Positions 14,481 through 29,266 of a stretch of DNA of 64,000 bases are shown here, in pieces (the stretch's first letter is position 1; each line of letters begins with the position of its first letter). The stretch is from an uncultured virus (IMG/VR IMGVR_UViG_3300001335_000606) (taxonomy: Duplodnaviria > Heunggongvirae > Uroviricota > Caudoviricetes). Location of the stretch: IMG/VR virus record IMGVR_UViG_3300001335_000606; one strand, 5' to 3'. The position numbers and the translations under genes were made by a program. Below the pieces are notes generated by a model. The model was not told where the DNA came from and ran no database searches. It saw only the letters and a program-made list of their open reading frames with translations.

Positions 14481-15233
14481 ATGTACTTCAAACATTTGGA
14501 TGAAGTTGATGTTTCGCATGTTAGATATCCTATATTAAAAACAAGAACATTAGTAAATGGTTCTTAGGATTATTAGTTATTTGTATAGACCAAATCTAAT
14601 CCAACGGAATATTAGCTTGCAGGATTAAAGCGATTCATACAAAGCAACTATCATATTCAAAGTTATGATAGTAGTTCAGGGGTGTATCATTCTATAGAAG
14701 GGAATATATTTCCCTAGGAGTTATTTACGCAATCTTTAAACACTCTACAATTGAATACTAGTTCTGTGCAAAATATTACGTACTTTAAATATTTATATGG
14801 GATTGATACATTTGCTCTATCGTAGGTTACAACTGACACCTCAGGTTCATTGAGCATTAGTTCTAGCATTATAAAAAACACTTCAAATGAAGTGCAAGGA
14901 TATTTTCTCCAAGATATAAACGCCATATTATGGAATATTCCTCTAGCTTCAGATACAAGTGTATTACAAGTTCAGTATAACTTTTTTGTTCATGAATTTG
15001 AATATTATTGCTCCATTAATCCAGGCGAAATGAACATGACAAATAATCCCACTGCATATTCTACGGGGTCAACCAGATCAATATTACCTCATGTTGTCAA
15101 CACTTATATTTCATCCATAGGTCTATATGACACAAATGATACATTGCTTGCTATTGCAAAACTTAGCACACCAATAAAAGTAAGCACCAAAATTTCAACT
15201 ACGGTTATAATAAACTTGGATTACATTCCTTGA
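14481..15233 (+). CDS. Virion structural protein, C-terminal domain paralogous to the preceding gene
   Basis: YYCSINPGEMNMTNNPT...ISSIGLYDTNDTLLAIAKLSTPI. Confidence 0.75.
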
Positions 15234-15248
15234 TTAATGGAGGCAGTA

Positions 15249-16187
15249 TTGAATGAACGATTAAATTTGTTGCTTATGGATTTGCTCGGAGAACCTGAGA
15301 ATCCTGATTCAGAATGGGTGTATTACAAATGTCCCTTTTGCTAGAAACAAGGGAAACATAAAATAAAATTAGCTATAAATGCTAATACTTTAGTTTGGAA
15401 ATGCTGGGTTTGCAAGGAACATGGTTCAAACTTATTTTCTTTAATAAGAAAATTAGGAAAATGGTCTTTAAAGGATAGAGTAAAGTCCGCAGTTTAGAAC
15501 ATTATTCCTCAAAAATTTTCCAAACCTAAAGGAAAATTATCCCTTCCTAAAGAATTCCTCCCTCTAAATTAGGATAGGGATTTTATTATGAAAAAACGAG
15601 TTCTTAGATATTTAAAAAAGCGAGGTATTGGACAGTATTAGATAAATAAATATGATATAGGATTTTGCCAAACAGGGCAATACAAAAATCGCATCGTAAT
15701 ACCATCCTTTGATTAGAAGGGTGTATTAAATTATTTCACAGGAAGAAGTATTGTTAAAGAATAGGAATTGAAGTATTTAAATCCGAATTGTGCTCGTTCC
15801 TAGATAATAATTTTTGAAAATCTTATAACTTGGAAATTTCCAGTAGTTTTAACAGAAGGAATCTTTGATGCCATGTCTGTTAATTTTAATGCTATCCCAT
15901 TAATGGGAAAGGTTGTTCCAAATGCTTTGGTTGAAAAACTTTTGTATTATGATGCGGAAGTTATAATAACTTTAGATAGTGATGCCAGAGATGACCAGTA
16001 TGATATATTGCGGCAATTATATAAGCAGGGTTTGTCAAATATATATTATTTAAACTTGCCTGAGAAGGATCCAAGCGAAATGGGAAGATAGTATTATTGG
16101 GAATATTTATTTAACAATTACAAAAAGTTTAGTTAGAGCAACAATTTAGATATATTAAAATAGAAATTGGGAAAGTTGTAGAAATGA
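15249..16187 (+). CDS. DNA primase (Zn finger + TOPRIM)
   Basis: CPFC...CWVC; RIVIPSFD; LTEGIFDA; LDSDA; KDPSEMG; SD ggagg before TTG (in-frame ATG at 15237 is an alternative start). Confidence 0.9.
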
Positions 16188-19100
16188 TTAAAAAGATTTT
16201 TCATATTTCAGATATTCATATTCGTTTATACAGAAGAGCTAAATAGTATCTGCATGTATTGTAGAATTTATTAACTACTATTGAAGAACGAATGGATTAG
16301 CATTCTATAGCTGTAGTTACAGGTGATATATTCCATTCTAAAAATGAATTATCTCCAGAAGCTATAGCTATTGCAAGTGGTTTTTTTCAAAGATTATTGG
16401 AACTTCTACCTGTAATTTTGATAGCCGGAAATCATGATACAAATCTAGCAAATTCTAACAGATTAGACTCTTTATCTCCTATAGTTTAGTTAATTGAAGA
16501 TTAGAATTTATTTTATTTGAAAAATACCGGGTGGTATGAACATTCAAATTTAAATATTTGGGTCTCTTCAGTTTTTGATTAGAGATTGCCCAAAACATTT
16601 CCAAAAAACGATAGTATCAACATATTGTTATATCATGGTTGTGTTGGAAATGTAGTAGTTAATGGAATACCATTGCCTTCAACCTATAAAATTTAGGAAT
16701 TTAAAGGGTTTGATTTTGTTCTTCTAGGAGATATACATAAGCAACAAATTTTAAGTAAAAATCCTTTAACTGCTTATGCAGGATCTTTAATGCAATTGAA
16801 TTTTGGATAGTAGGTTGATAAGCATGGTATATTAGTTTGGGATTTGTAGAAAAAACAAATTGAAAGTGTTGAAATACCAAATGATTATTCTTATTACAAT
16901 ATTATTGTTAAAGATGGTTAGATAGAGGAAATGCCAGAAATAAAGGCTAAACATCCTCGTATAAAAATAAAGTATACAAATACTACAATGTTACGTCTGA
17001 AAGAAATTAAAAAAGAATTATATGAAAAATATCATGTTGAATAGTTAATGCTAATTAGACAATCCGAAGATTTAGTAGTTAGAACAAGCACCTTTAAATA
17101 TCAACTTTAGAATCTTTAGAATCCAAAGTATCAATAGCAGGTTATTAAATAGTATATTGAACATATGAATCTTCCTATCTAGAAGTAGGAATTAAAAAAA
17201 GTTTTGATATTAAATTAGGAAATAAATTCAGTAGTAAATTCTAGTCAGAAAAAGAAGTTTCATCAAAATCTCTGGACAGTATAGAAATTAGAATTTGATA
17301 ATTTCTTCAGTTATGGATAGGGCAATGTTGTTGAATTCAACACCCATAAAGGGATTGTGGCAATTCTAGGGGAGAACAGAGCGGGAAAATCCTCTATCAT
17401 TGATACATTAATGTTTCTTTTGTATGATAAAACTTCAAGATGCTATAAATCTATATCAGTTTTAAATAATAAAAAGGATAAATTATGGGGAAAAGTTACT
17501 TTAATGATAAATGGAAAGCCTCATGCAATATAGAGATGGGGCAAATTGAAGCATTCGGCTTCTGGTGATTCGCTTCCTATAAAGTGCAAATTTTATGCTA
17601 TATAGGAAGATGGTACTTAGGTAGATTTGTCTGGTACTGATCGTTTTTCAACTAATGCAATAATACAGCAGTACGTAGGTGTATACGATGATGCTGTAGC
17701 TACATTCTTTTCTACACAAGGTAATGCGAATGCTTTTATATAGTTAACAAATTCAGGAAGAAAATCCCAGTTGAATTCTTTATTGAATTTGTCTATTTTT
17801 GATGATTGTTATTCTTAGGCTAACGAAAGATCCAAATATTTAAAGGGTTACTTGAATAATGTTGAGATTGAAAAAATTGAAAACGACCTTAAAATTAATA
17901 ATTAGAACATAATTGTCTTAAGTGAAAGTATTAAGAACTTAGAAGATAGTATTAAAAAGGTTTGCAAAGAAATAGATAAAAAAGAAAAAATACTTAAAGA
18001 ATTGAATAGTGAAAAGCGTAAATAGAACCAAGAAATTATAGATATTGAATAGATTAAAACAAACATAAAGAAGCAAAAAGAGCAAAAGGCAAGTTTGACT
18101 GCTGGCAAACTTAGCGTAGAAAAAAAGAAGAATGCTCTTGAAGAAAATTTAAAATAGCTTGAAGTTTTAATATAGAAAGTCAAAATTGGAAAGAAAAAAT
18201 AGCATTACGAAAGCTTGTAGAGTGATTATTTACAGTATCAGGGTTATTTAAAGCAATTATAGATGCTAAATTCTGATATTGCTGAAAAATAGAAAAAGTT
18301 GGAATTATTAAAGGAAGTTGAATATGATGAAAATTGCCCATATTGCATGAATAATCCTTTAACTAAAGATGCTATTTCTACACAAAAGAAAATGTCAAAA
18401 TGGTTATAGAAGAGAAAAGAATTGAAAGAAGATATTGCAAAAATAAAACCTGCCTTTGATAAAAGAAATTAGTTAGAAGGGGAAATAAGGTTATTTGAAT
18501 CAGAAGTGTTGCCTCTGCACAATTCTTTAATGAAGGAAGATTCATAGCTTTCGGATGATTGGTTGGATTATGAGGAAAAAATCAGGATTATTGATAATAA
18601 ACTTTCAATTTTAGAACAAAAACAAAAAGCTTATTATGACAATCAAATAATTATATAGTAGAATACAAAATTACATAAGCAAATAATGGAAATTGAACAA
18701 TTGTTGCATCCTTTAATAGAGGAAAGAAAGGAATTAGAAAATTAGCTTCTTAAAAACAGAATTAATATTTCTAACACTTAGCAATCCATTGAAAATGGGA
18801 ATATAGCTATTAGACAGTATAACGAAAAAAATTAGCAATTATAGGTGCTTTAGAAGTATAAATTAATAGTTGGAAGAACAGGTTTGCAGTACTATATAAC
18901 TTCGAATATTATTGTGGTTTTATAGAATGAAATGAATGCAGTACTTGAAATGATTGCTAATTTTTCGGTTTAGTTTGTTATTTAGGGGAAATAGGTTCAT
19001 ATCAATATTGTTTATTCTGATAAGACCTATCCTGTTGAAACTTGTTCGGGGTTTGAAAAGTTTATAATTTCCATCGCATTAAGACACACTTTGTCTTCTA

Positions 19101-19330
19101 TTACGAACAAATCTAAAGCTAAAATGTTCGTAATAGATGAAGGATTTGGAGTTTTAGATAATGAAAATGTTAATGCTTTTTAGAAGATATTTAATTTTAT
19201 TGCATAGAAATATTAGACCTTAGTAGTTATATCACACTTATAGGCCATGAAGCCGATGTTTTAGGATGCAATTCAAGTGCAATACAATGATGGAGTAAGT
19301 ATGATATATGAATCTAGTAGTAACCAATGA
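16184..19330 (+). CDS. Fused SbcD/Mre11 nuclease - SbcC/Rad50 ATPase (gp47-gp46-like)
   Basis: HISDIH, TGDIFH, AGNHD, LGDIH; Walker A GENRAGKS; zinc hook CPYC; CSGFE; IDEGFG; ISH, all in one frame. Confidence 0.88.
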
Positions 19331-22300
19331 AGGAGATTTAAGAAAGCTTGGTGATAAGCAGTTTCTAATAGACGATTATAGCGGTAAATATATATATCTT
19401 TCAGAATTTCCAGATTATTTTGGTCTGGGATTAAATTCCTTCTTAATTGGAATAAGGGACGTCTGTTTTCAACCTCATACAGTATTACATGTATTTTATC
19501 TAGATTCAAAATATCAGTCGCATCCAGTTGTAGTTACAGAATATAAATAGCGATAGTTTATCAGATGTTATGTTGAAGTTGATGATACTTTCCCAATTGG
19601 ATTTGGTTCATTCATTTTAATTGGAACTTTGAAAAGTACCGCCGAAGGGTAGAGTGTTCCTGAATAGTATCAGTTAATTGAGAATATTAAAAGACAAGTC
19701 AAGATTTATACTAATCCTAATGAAAAAACCCCCTCCGTATTGCGTTTTAAAACCAAGCCCAAAGTAAGTATTGAATTAAATTAGAAATAGTTATTTACAA
19801 CATAGGTTTAGACATTGACAGAAAATTTCCCGTTAAGTTCCATTTCATTAATACCAAGAAATTTTCATTATACAATATCCGCAACTAATGAAACAAAGAG
19901 TTAGCTTGATAGAAATATGTTTCTATTCGAAATTGATACTTAGCATTTTGCAAATTCGGTTTTTTATGAGAAATTTCTTAACTATGCTGTTACTGCCTCT
20001 ACAATTGAAGAAGTTTGTGTTGATTATACTCAAATTTTTTCAGGCAGCGATACTAGTAATACATTACATCTTGGCAAATACAAGGGTCAACTCACAAATA
20101 TATTTTAGGATTTAACAACGTCCTTTTGCAATTTGTCATTAACTAATGGTTTGGCTATTATAGATTCTACAAACCCTCTTGTTGTAGATAAACTATATGG
20201 TACCAATATTTCAAGTTTTACCGCAACCCCTCAATCTATTTTTGGTATTACTCCACCCAAAGAAATTTTGTATCTATTATATGGATAGGGTGAATCTACT
20301 AATTCTATAATAAATGCCAATCTATCTAATATTTATTCAAGAATTAATCCTATTACATTTGTTTCCAGAATTGAATATGCCGAAGCTCTTTCAATGCAAA
20401 CCGCCTATTTTCATGGTGAAATTCTAACTCCTAACTCATAGATTTTTTCTGATTAGTTTACCGTAGAGACAAGTAGTCCAGCCCCCACTTATTATGTTGG
20501 CAGTTATTACAAAAATCCATTAATAAAAGATCCAAGCAAATATGTTCATAAAACACTTATTGCAGGGGAAACCTATTCTTCGTATGTCTTTACTAGTTCC
20601 AACAATTACACTTTGTCGGCAACAGATAACACGATTTTCCAAAGAGCAAATATTCAAAATGCTTATTTTCTTAATGATGATTATGATATTCCAATAACCT
20701 TCAATATTATTCAGGGTGAAATATTCTCAAAACATTTAACCACTACATTTCAAGATGTTGGGGTTGGTTCTGTTTCTCATTTAACTGGATCCTTGATTGG
20801 TGAAGGGTCGTTTTTAACATATGAAAGCGGTTCCAATGTTACTGTTGATGGAATTACGACATATTATGATGTTGATGAAGAAATTACTTTGACGGAATTT
20901 GCATAGTTTAGTGGATCTGCCTATAATGTTTTGGTTAATATCCATTATTTCTCTGGTTCTATACATACAGGATCTCTTGTACATAAGAGTGATTTATATC
21001 ATAATGCTACTTATTCAGGAATGCACTATAAAAAATACCGAATGGAGAGTCCTCTGTTTTAGGTTTAGTTACAAAATTTAAATACTCTTTAGGTTTTTGT
21101 TCCTTCAGCAATTCCAAATAAATCAAAGCTTGAAATTTAGGTAGATAGAATTGATGAAGGGAATCTTTTGCTAATTATTACAGGAAGTAGCTATTTTTCT
21201 TCATCAAATGAAGCAGGTATTGTATTAGAAGGAAATTTTGGTATTGCTGAAACGCAATCATATGGAGTAGATTTTACTTTTGAAGGTTATTATCAAAATG
21301 CATAGCTTGAAGGAAATGAAATTCAAAAGTATACATTAATATAGAGTTATTTGACAACGCAATATCAAGATATTTTTAATACTGCCGAAGTTTTATTTTT
21401 AAACGATGTATATTCAAAATTCTATGTTCCAATTGCAGTTGATGCTAATATAGATGAATTAGATTGGTTTTTTAAAAATCTATATAATACGCAATCAGAA
21501 ACCTATTCTGTAGATATTACCTTTACATTTCAGAATTAGACATAGCCAAGTAAAGCATTTGGGGATAGCGAAACATTACCTGTAAATATTGTTATTGAAG
21601 AAGCTTAGATTTATTCAGGCACTTATGATTCCTTTTAGGTGTATTATAGTGACACTCCACCTTATACAAATTATCAATTGTTATCGGTTGCAAATGTGGA
21701 CTCTACGGAATTTCCATTAACGAAATCTTTAGATTTACCTGTGCTTGCTTTTGCTGGAGAAACTACTCACTTTCAAATAAAACATAGAAATATAAGAGGT
21801 TAGTATTGCCCGTCCCAATTCTTCAATTTAATATATGGTTTGGAATTTTCAACAGAATAGGTTTTATAGATGCAAAAAACATACAATATTACTTATTTAG
21901 GAACAGGGCAAATTAGTGGTGTTACTTCCGTTAATGGAATGGTGGGGGATGTTGAGTTAACTTCGGAAGATATTCCGTTCAATGCATCCACAGTACATAA
22001 TGCTTTGGAATATTTATATAATAATATTGAATCTGGGTCTGGATTTGGTGTTGGCGGATAGGATGTTGTAACTTTTTATCCATAGGTGGAATTTGAAATT
22101 GGAACCACGGAAAGCACATATACTTTTAGTTGGGCATTATCACCTCTTGTTGAGCCTGATAGTTATAAATATACAATAAGCTATGCTCCATATCCCGATG
22201 AATAGAATTTTACTCAAAGCAATACGGGTTCCTTGGATTGGTGGATTAATGAATTAGTAATAGATGCTTTAAGCAGTTCTGCAAAAATTTAGTTACAGGT

Positions 22301-22685
22301 GATGTATAATTAGAATCAAAGCCAATCTTATATTTCGTATATTTGGTTCCGTAACAGTTTATATTGTGGCTATACAAACAGTAATACTGATGTAAATTTA
22401 TTGGGCTAGGGAATCACCTACAGTTTGGATGATTAGTATGGTTCAATTTATAAAGTAATATGCCCTATTGATAATTATATATGGTTTGCCTGTCCTGAAA
22501 GAATGATTACAGATGTTGAGCCTGAATTTGTAGTAAATAGTGTTGGTGGTGGCATGGTAGATACTTTTATTAAAGAACATATTAATGCATCAGGATACAA
22601 AGAAACCTATAGTCATTATTGTTCAAACAATCACACTTTAGGTGATACAATTTTGCAAATTAGAAACCCTTTATATCCTGAATAA
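19308..22685 (+). CDS. Large tail-associated protein (~1125 aa)
   Basis: Five track ORFs share one frame separated by TAG; GVTSVNGMVGDV tail-fibre-type motif. Confidence 0.65.
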
Positions 22686-22725
22686 TTTGGCGAAATGAAT
22701 AAATCACTTTTTAAGGAATAATGAT

Positions 22726-23286
22726 ATGTCCCGATATATAGAGATAATTAGCAAAATAAAACCAAAGAATTACCCTTAGTCAACATTTAAAATTGCAGAT
22801 TTAACTGATATTGATGTTAATTTGGATTAGACAGAAGGAAATGTGTTATGTGTAAATGATACGGCAACCTTCACAAAAAGTGGAATAACTTGGGATTTAG
22901 ATACAAATAAATGCATTATAAGTGGAGATTTACACATCAGTGGGAATCTTTACGAATATTCAGACATGAATTTAAAAACAAATATTATCAAAATATAGAA
23001 ACCTATGGAAAAACTGGAACAAATTACGGGAATTGAATTTAATTGGTTAAAAAATCAAAAACATGATTATGGTATAGTAGCTCAAGAAGTTTAGGCAATC
23101 ATTCCAGAAATGGTTTCCACTAATTCATTAAATGGATTAAAACAAGTTTCTTATATAAAGTTAATTCCATTTCTATTGTAGGCCTTGAAATAGTTGAATG
23201 CTAAAGTGAAAAGATTGGAAAAGAAAAGAACATTTTTACAAGCGATCTGCTAGTTTTTTAAGATAAAAAGGACAAGTACAAAGTAA
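22726..23286 (+). CDS. Short tail protein with peptidase S74 (intramolecular chaperone) domain
   Basis: SDMNLKTNI...YGIVAQEV*AIIPEMV...VSYIKLIPFLL*ALK*L. Confidence 0.85.
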
Positions 23287-23360
23287 TTATAATCGTATAA
23301 TCAGAATTAAATTTAACAAACATATTAAAGGGTTCCATTAACAAGGAGATATTATGTAAT

Positions 23361-26300
23361 ATGGCATTATTACAACGAACATTTGCAAGTAATAGCATTT
23401 GGATAGGAACTGGAGATTCTAGCTCTGCATGGGGTGGATATTCTTCTGGCTAGTATCCATTTGCTATTTATGATGGTGCAAGTCCGTTATTATATTTTAC
23501 AACTCAATCAGCAATAAATCAATTATCGTTTTCGATTAATTCTCAATTAGGATCCGTTGGTTTCTCTTCTGGAATGATGGGAAGTGGCTTCAGAATTGAG
23601 AATACTAGTTCTACAGGTGGATAGTGGTGGTCTGCAACCTTTGATGATTTATGGATTAGAGGAGCCCTACATGCTTGGTAGTTTATTGTTAATCAAATAA
23701 GAGCAACAAATGGATCTTTATGGGTCAGTGATGCGGGCAAAGCAATCTCAATGTCCTATGGAGCTAACACTGATGAAATTGTTCTTTATTTTGATACTGG
23801 CAGTATGCTACCATTTGTTGATAATGATATAATAAGAAGTAGACGCTGGTTGATTTCAGGGGCAGATACAGATAGTGGGGTACTTCCAGAACAATGGGAT
23901 ATTATTTTTGAATTATCGGATGTAGATTATGCTAATTCTTTAGCAACAGCATCTATTTCAAACCCCACTGATTATTGGATTTCTAGCAATATTAGTTTCC
24001 CAGATTTCTTTGAAACTGCTTCAACTTTAACTACGGATTGGGTAAGAGTTGGTAATAGTTCAGATGACGCAAGAAAGGGTGCAATATACCTAACTTCTAA
24101 CGATTTAGATGGCCCATTTATTGATGTTTACGACCATATGGATTCTGTAGCAGATGCACATGGTGGAACAAGTTAGAGTGTAACACATTCAATACTAGAA
24201 GCCAGATTAGGTAAATTAGAAGGATTAACTACTTAGACTTTTGGTCAATTGCAAGGGTATGGCTTATACTCAGAAAATGTTTATTTGAAAGGAACAGTAT
24301 CGGCAACAGCTGGTACATTTAGTGCTTGGTTGGCTTCACCAACTGGATATATTGGTGGTTGGACAATATCAAGTAATACACTTTATAGTGGGGATGTTAC
24401 TCTTTCCGCAAAATAGGATCATGAATATATTGGATTTAGTGCTTCTGCATTAACTCAATCAGGAATTTATATTGGCCAAAGTAGTTCTGTTAGTCCCGGA
24501 ACATATGGCATTTCGATGTTTTCTTAGTATGGTTGGGAAGGATCTTATTTCTTGTGGAATGGAAGTAATCTTTTTATTCAATCCCCAGGATTTACTCTTA
24601 GTGCTGATGGCTTAACTATAGAAGGGGAATTAGAAGCAACTGATGGATATATTGGTGGTTGGTCAGTTTCAAACTACGCTCTTTCAAGTAATCAGGTTAC
24701 TATTTCTTCGGCGTTAACTAATAGTTATTTTGGTGTTACGGCTGATCACTATAATGAAGATGGAATTTATTTAGGTTATAGTGATAGTAAAAATCTATTT
24801 TCCGTAACTGATGAAGATTCTGGAATTTTCTGGGATGGTACTCAATTAGGAATCACTTCTTCCAATTTTACTCTTTCTCAAGGTAATATAATTGCTAAAG
24901 GTGGAACCATAGCAGGTTGGGATATTAATTCCAATGAAATATATAAAACTACTGCTTTCAATACCATCATTTTAAAAACATCAACATCTTCTTAGTGGAA
25001 TTGGGTTGATTATCAAGGATATCCTTTTGATTTAGATGGAGAAAAATTCCTTGATGTTTTACACAATTATTACACCGCATCTGAAAATAAAACTTATTGG
25101 ACAGAAGAATCTGGAACATCTTCAGTTTCTTTAGGAGATAATGAAGAAGCAATTGTACTCTTTACTTCTTCTTATAATAAACAAGGGTTGATTGTTGATG
25201 TTGATGGTGGGATCGCAGCATTTGATATAGAACCCAATGAAACTATATATTTTGGTATTGACCATATAGATATTCATAACTATGCTGAATGGAATGCTTC
25301 TCCATACGCAGATAGTTTAGCATTAATACTAGCAGATGATTCTGATAATAATTTAACAGATGTAGTTATACTTTCTGCCGGTGCTCAAGATTACAGCATA
25401 GTATCACGTGATAATCTTTTCTTCTCCTATACTAACAGAACTGGAGATGTCGTATCTACCAAATTAAAATTATATTCAAAAAATAATAGAACAGCAGTTT
25501 CTGTTGACGACGAAGAGGAAGAATAGTTATATTATATTCTTGGAATAACTGCTTCTGGAATGGGAATTGCAAGAGCAAAAGGTTATACTGAATTAAACCC
25601 TTCGGGATTGTTAGTTTATGGTGGCCCAACAAACTACATTAAAATAACTAATGAAACAAGTGGAAGTATTACTCAAAGTTATGGTGTTATAGCAATCGAT
25701 ACTCTTTATGTTCGTGGGGTATAGATAAACGGTGGCTCTAGTGGGTCTTCTGGCGGTGGAGGTGTAGATGGTGTTGGTACTGCAAATACCTTAGCAATGT
25801 GGCAGGATCCCAATACTATTCAAAATTCTATAATAACTCAACAAAATAGTGCTACTATTAGTGTTGATGGTACTGTTAGTGCTCCAGTGTATAGTGGTAG
25901 TGGGTTTTATCCTAGTTCAAGTGCAAATGGTTCAACTGCTATTGGGAATTTACCTGCGGATGCAGACCTAACTGGGTTAAGCATAAAGAATATTTTAGAT
26001 ACAATGATGAATTATGCAGCCCCCACTTTTGGAAATTTTTATTTTACTAGTGGAAGTACAGATTTAGGATATTCTTCTTAGGTTGTTTAGGTGGGATTTC
26101 CAATTGGCCATCCATGTAGTTGGACTTGCTCTATAACTAATATTGGAAATGTAAAAGACGGAAGTCATATAATATTGACCAATGATATTGGTTGGGATAC
26201 TTCTAACGAAATAAGTGCGGCAACACCGATATAGACCGCTTCAACATCTGACCATACCGTCTATTATTAGAATACTGCTGGTTCTGGATATTTCCGATTA

Positions 26301-26762
26301 ACAGGAACAAGCAAATTGAACACATCCTTTATTAAAACATTCAATTTCTATTGGAGACATCCAGTATTAGTTTTCCATAGCGATAGTAGTTCACTTGATC
26401 AAAGTGCATTTGATGACATTTGTGATTCAATCCCAGGTGTATCCCCTTATAAATATGCCAAAGATTTAACTCATGGTTCAAATGTTGCAGATGGGAATAC
26501 ATTTACTTTCAGTAGTAGTGGCATTTCGGCAAATAGATATGTTTGGGTTGCTTATCCTTCGTCTTGGGCTTATGTCCCCAATAAATTTGAAATGCAACCA
26601 GATGGAGGTGCTGGATCTTGGGTAGATTATGCAATTGATACCAATAATACCAATCTAAACTATAGTAATGTTTATAATGGTGACACAATAACATATAGAT
26701 TAATTAGAACCGATTTAAAAACAGGAGAAACAGATGCTCCTTCGGTAAAGATTTCGACTTGA
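23361..26762 (+). CDS. Tail fibre-like protein (~1133 aa)
   Basis: Ser/Gly/Thr-rich; repeats GYIGGW/GTIAGW; ARLGKLEG..GYGLYSENVYLKG; five track ORFs in one frame. Confidence 0.75.
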
Positions 26763-26775
26763 GGAGATATGAATA

Positions 26776-28434
26776 ATGGCAACACAATATAATTATCCTA
26801 CAAATTACCTTAGATTTGGTGGAAAAATATCTCCTGTAAATAGCACTCACAATATTGGAATGTTGGATTCCTTCTATCTTTAGGGTGGATTGAAAACAAT
26901 ATATTCATTAGCTTAGATAACAGATGATTATAATACTAGATCTTGGATACCTGATGGTAGGAGACAAACAGGATCCATAATCTATGTTATAAGCTAGGGC
27001 AAATATTATATAGATACTGGAGGATCAGGTGCTACTGGTTATTAGGAATTAGCAGCATTAACTCCTGGCGGTATACCTTCATTTGATGGATTAATATTGG
27101 GTGATGAAGGTTTAACTATAACAGGTAGCGGTAATATTGATGTTCAAAATGGAACAATTAGTGGTGTTTCTATTACCGCTTCTACTGGATTTTATTCGGA
27201 AAATGGCGATTTAGATATCGGTGGCGATGCCTATATAGATGGTACTATAAGTAATGCTTAGTGGAATGGCGATACGATAGATGTTTCCCATGGCGGAACA
27301 GGTCAAGAATTCTTTAATGCCAATCAAATTTTAATAGGTAATGGACTTAATCCAATAACTACGATTGGAGGCAGTTATGGAGAAGTACTTATAGGAAAAG
27401 GCACGGCAGATCCTGAATTTGCATCTTCATTATATCTTTCTGGAAATTTGCAAATTGATGGAACAGCTTCATTTAGTCAAATTACCGCTTCTACTGGATT
27501 TTATTCGGAAACTGGCACACTTTAGATTGGTGGATAGTCTACATTTGCAAAACCTATTACCGTAACTCAGGCAACAGGATAGGCTCCTTTTTATATAACT
27601 TCTCATACTAAAGTTGTCAATCTAAATGCGGATAAGGTAGATGACATGCATGTTGATTTGAAGGCTAGCCATGGAATACCTTATCTTGATGATGATACAC
27701 TAACTAATGCCGAAATTCCATTGGTAGGTATCGTTATAGCTCAAGATGAGAGTGCCCCAATAGGTGCAACGGGAACACAATATCGTATTCTTAAGTGGAA
27801 TGACGCAGGATCTAGTATTGAGGATAGTAATATATCCGATGTTGATGATCTAATAACTCTATTATCAAGTGCCACATTAGGAGATGCTTCGTCTAATATC
27901 ATAACTTCTACTGGTCAATTTACCGCATCTAATGGAATTCATGTTGAAGATGGAGATTTAACATTTGACAATAACCTATATAATGATAGTGGATTTTCGG
28001 TTGATTCTAGCGGAAATCTTTAGTGTCTTTCATTAAAGGAAACATCTTTAAGAAGATACAAGCATGATATATACGGTATTTAGTCTCCGCAATTGGATAA
28101 CATTGCAAAACTAAGACCCATAACATTCTTATATAACTAGGATGCTCCAGATGATGTTAATGATGTTAAAGTTAGACAGGCTGGATTTATTGCAGAATAG
28201 ATGGAATAGATTTATCCAGAAGTTGTCTGGTATAAGAATGGTTAGCTTGGTGGTATTCAATATCAAAGATTGACGGCATATCTTACAAAGGGTATACAAG
28301 AATTGATTGAAGAGAACAAGAAGCTATCACATAGATTGGATTTAAAGGATAAGGCAATTACAAAATTGAATAAGCAAGTTAAATAGTTGGAATAGCTAAT
28401 GAATGATTTGTTATAGAGGTTTTCAGCTCAATGA
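26776..28434 (+). CDS. Tail fibre with C-terminal peptidase S74 chaperone
   Basis: HGGTG; SHTKVVNLNADKVD; SLRRYKHDI...AGFIAE*ME*IYPEVV. Confidence 0.82.
27172..27511 (+). repeat. 31-bp exact direct repeat inside the tail fibre gene (27172-27202 and 27481-27511)
   Basis: attaccgcttctactggattttattcggaaa occurs twice (ITASTGFYSE). Confidence 0.85.
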
Positions 28435-28444
28435 GGAGAAATTA

Positions 28445-28744
28445 ATGAAAAAATTAATGGAATTATTGACTGAATTAAGACATGGAAATCCAATGGCTGA
28501 AAAATATTGGGAACAATTTATGATGAAATTACGTAGAAATGGTCTAAAGGATTCTATATTAACAATAGAACGAGGACGTTTAACTGGTGACAAACGCATT
28601 ATTTTCCCCAAAGGTTTAAATGTTGGTATAGGAACATAGTTTCCCGATAAAGTGACATTATATAAAAATAAAAAATAGATTATGCATTAGTTATGGAATA
28701 ATGCAGATAAAATAATACAAAGACTTATCTATGAGCTTGAATAA
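28445..28744 (+). CDS. Small hypothetical protein
   Basis: SD aggag; MKKLMELLTE leader. Confidence 0.7.
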
Positions 28745-28768
28745 ATAAAAAGAGAGAGAGAAATAAAA

Positions 28769-29251
28769 ATGCCAGCAAAATCAGAAGCACAAAGAAGATT
28801 ATTTGGTATGGTAGTTGCCTATAAGGAAGGTAACTTACCAGATGCAAGTGAAAAAGTTAAGTAGATTGCAAAGGGTGTCTCATTAAAGGATGCTAAAGAT
28901 TTCGCCAAAAGTATTAAATAGTAGGATGAAATTGAAGACACCTTTGAAGAAGAAAAGAAAAAATTGTTAAGAGATATTTAGGGAATAAAATAGAATATAG
29001 CAAGAACTCTAAAGGATGTTTTGATTTAGGAAAAACAAATTGATGACATGTAGTTTTAGAAGCATGTATTAAAAAACAGATCCAAAATAAAGCGGTTGAT
29101 GCAACAATATGGGTTTAAAATGAAAGATTTAAAACATATAGGAAATTATTACGATTTTGCCTCCATAACAGATTTGGATACTAGAAGAGTTAAAGATATT
29201 GACTTAGAATATTATTCCGCTGTTTTATATGATTTGCTTACACAACATTAA
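28769..29251 (+). CDS. DUF3008-like protein
   Basis: MPAKSEAQRRLFGMVVAYKEG...KDAKDFA. Confidence 0.7.
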
Positions 29252-29266
29252 AGGCGGAAACTATTA

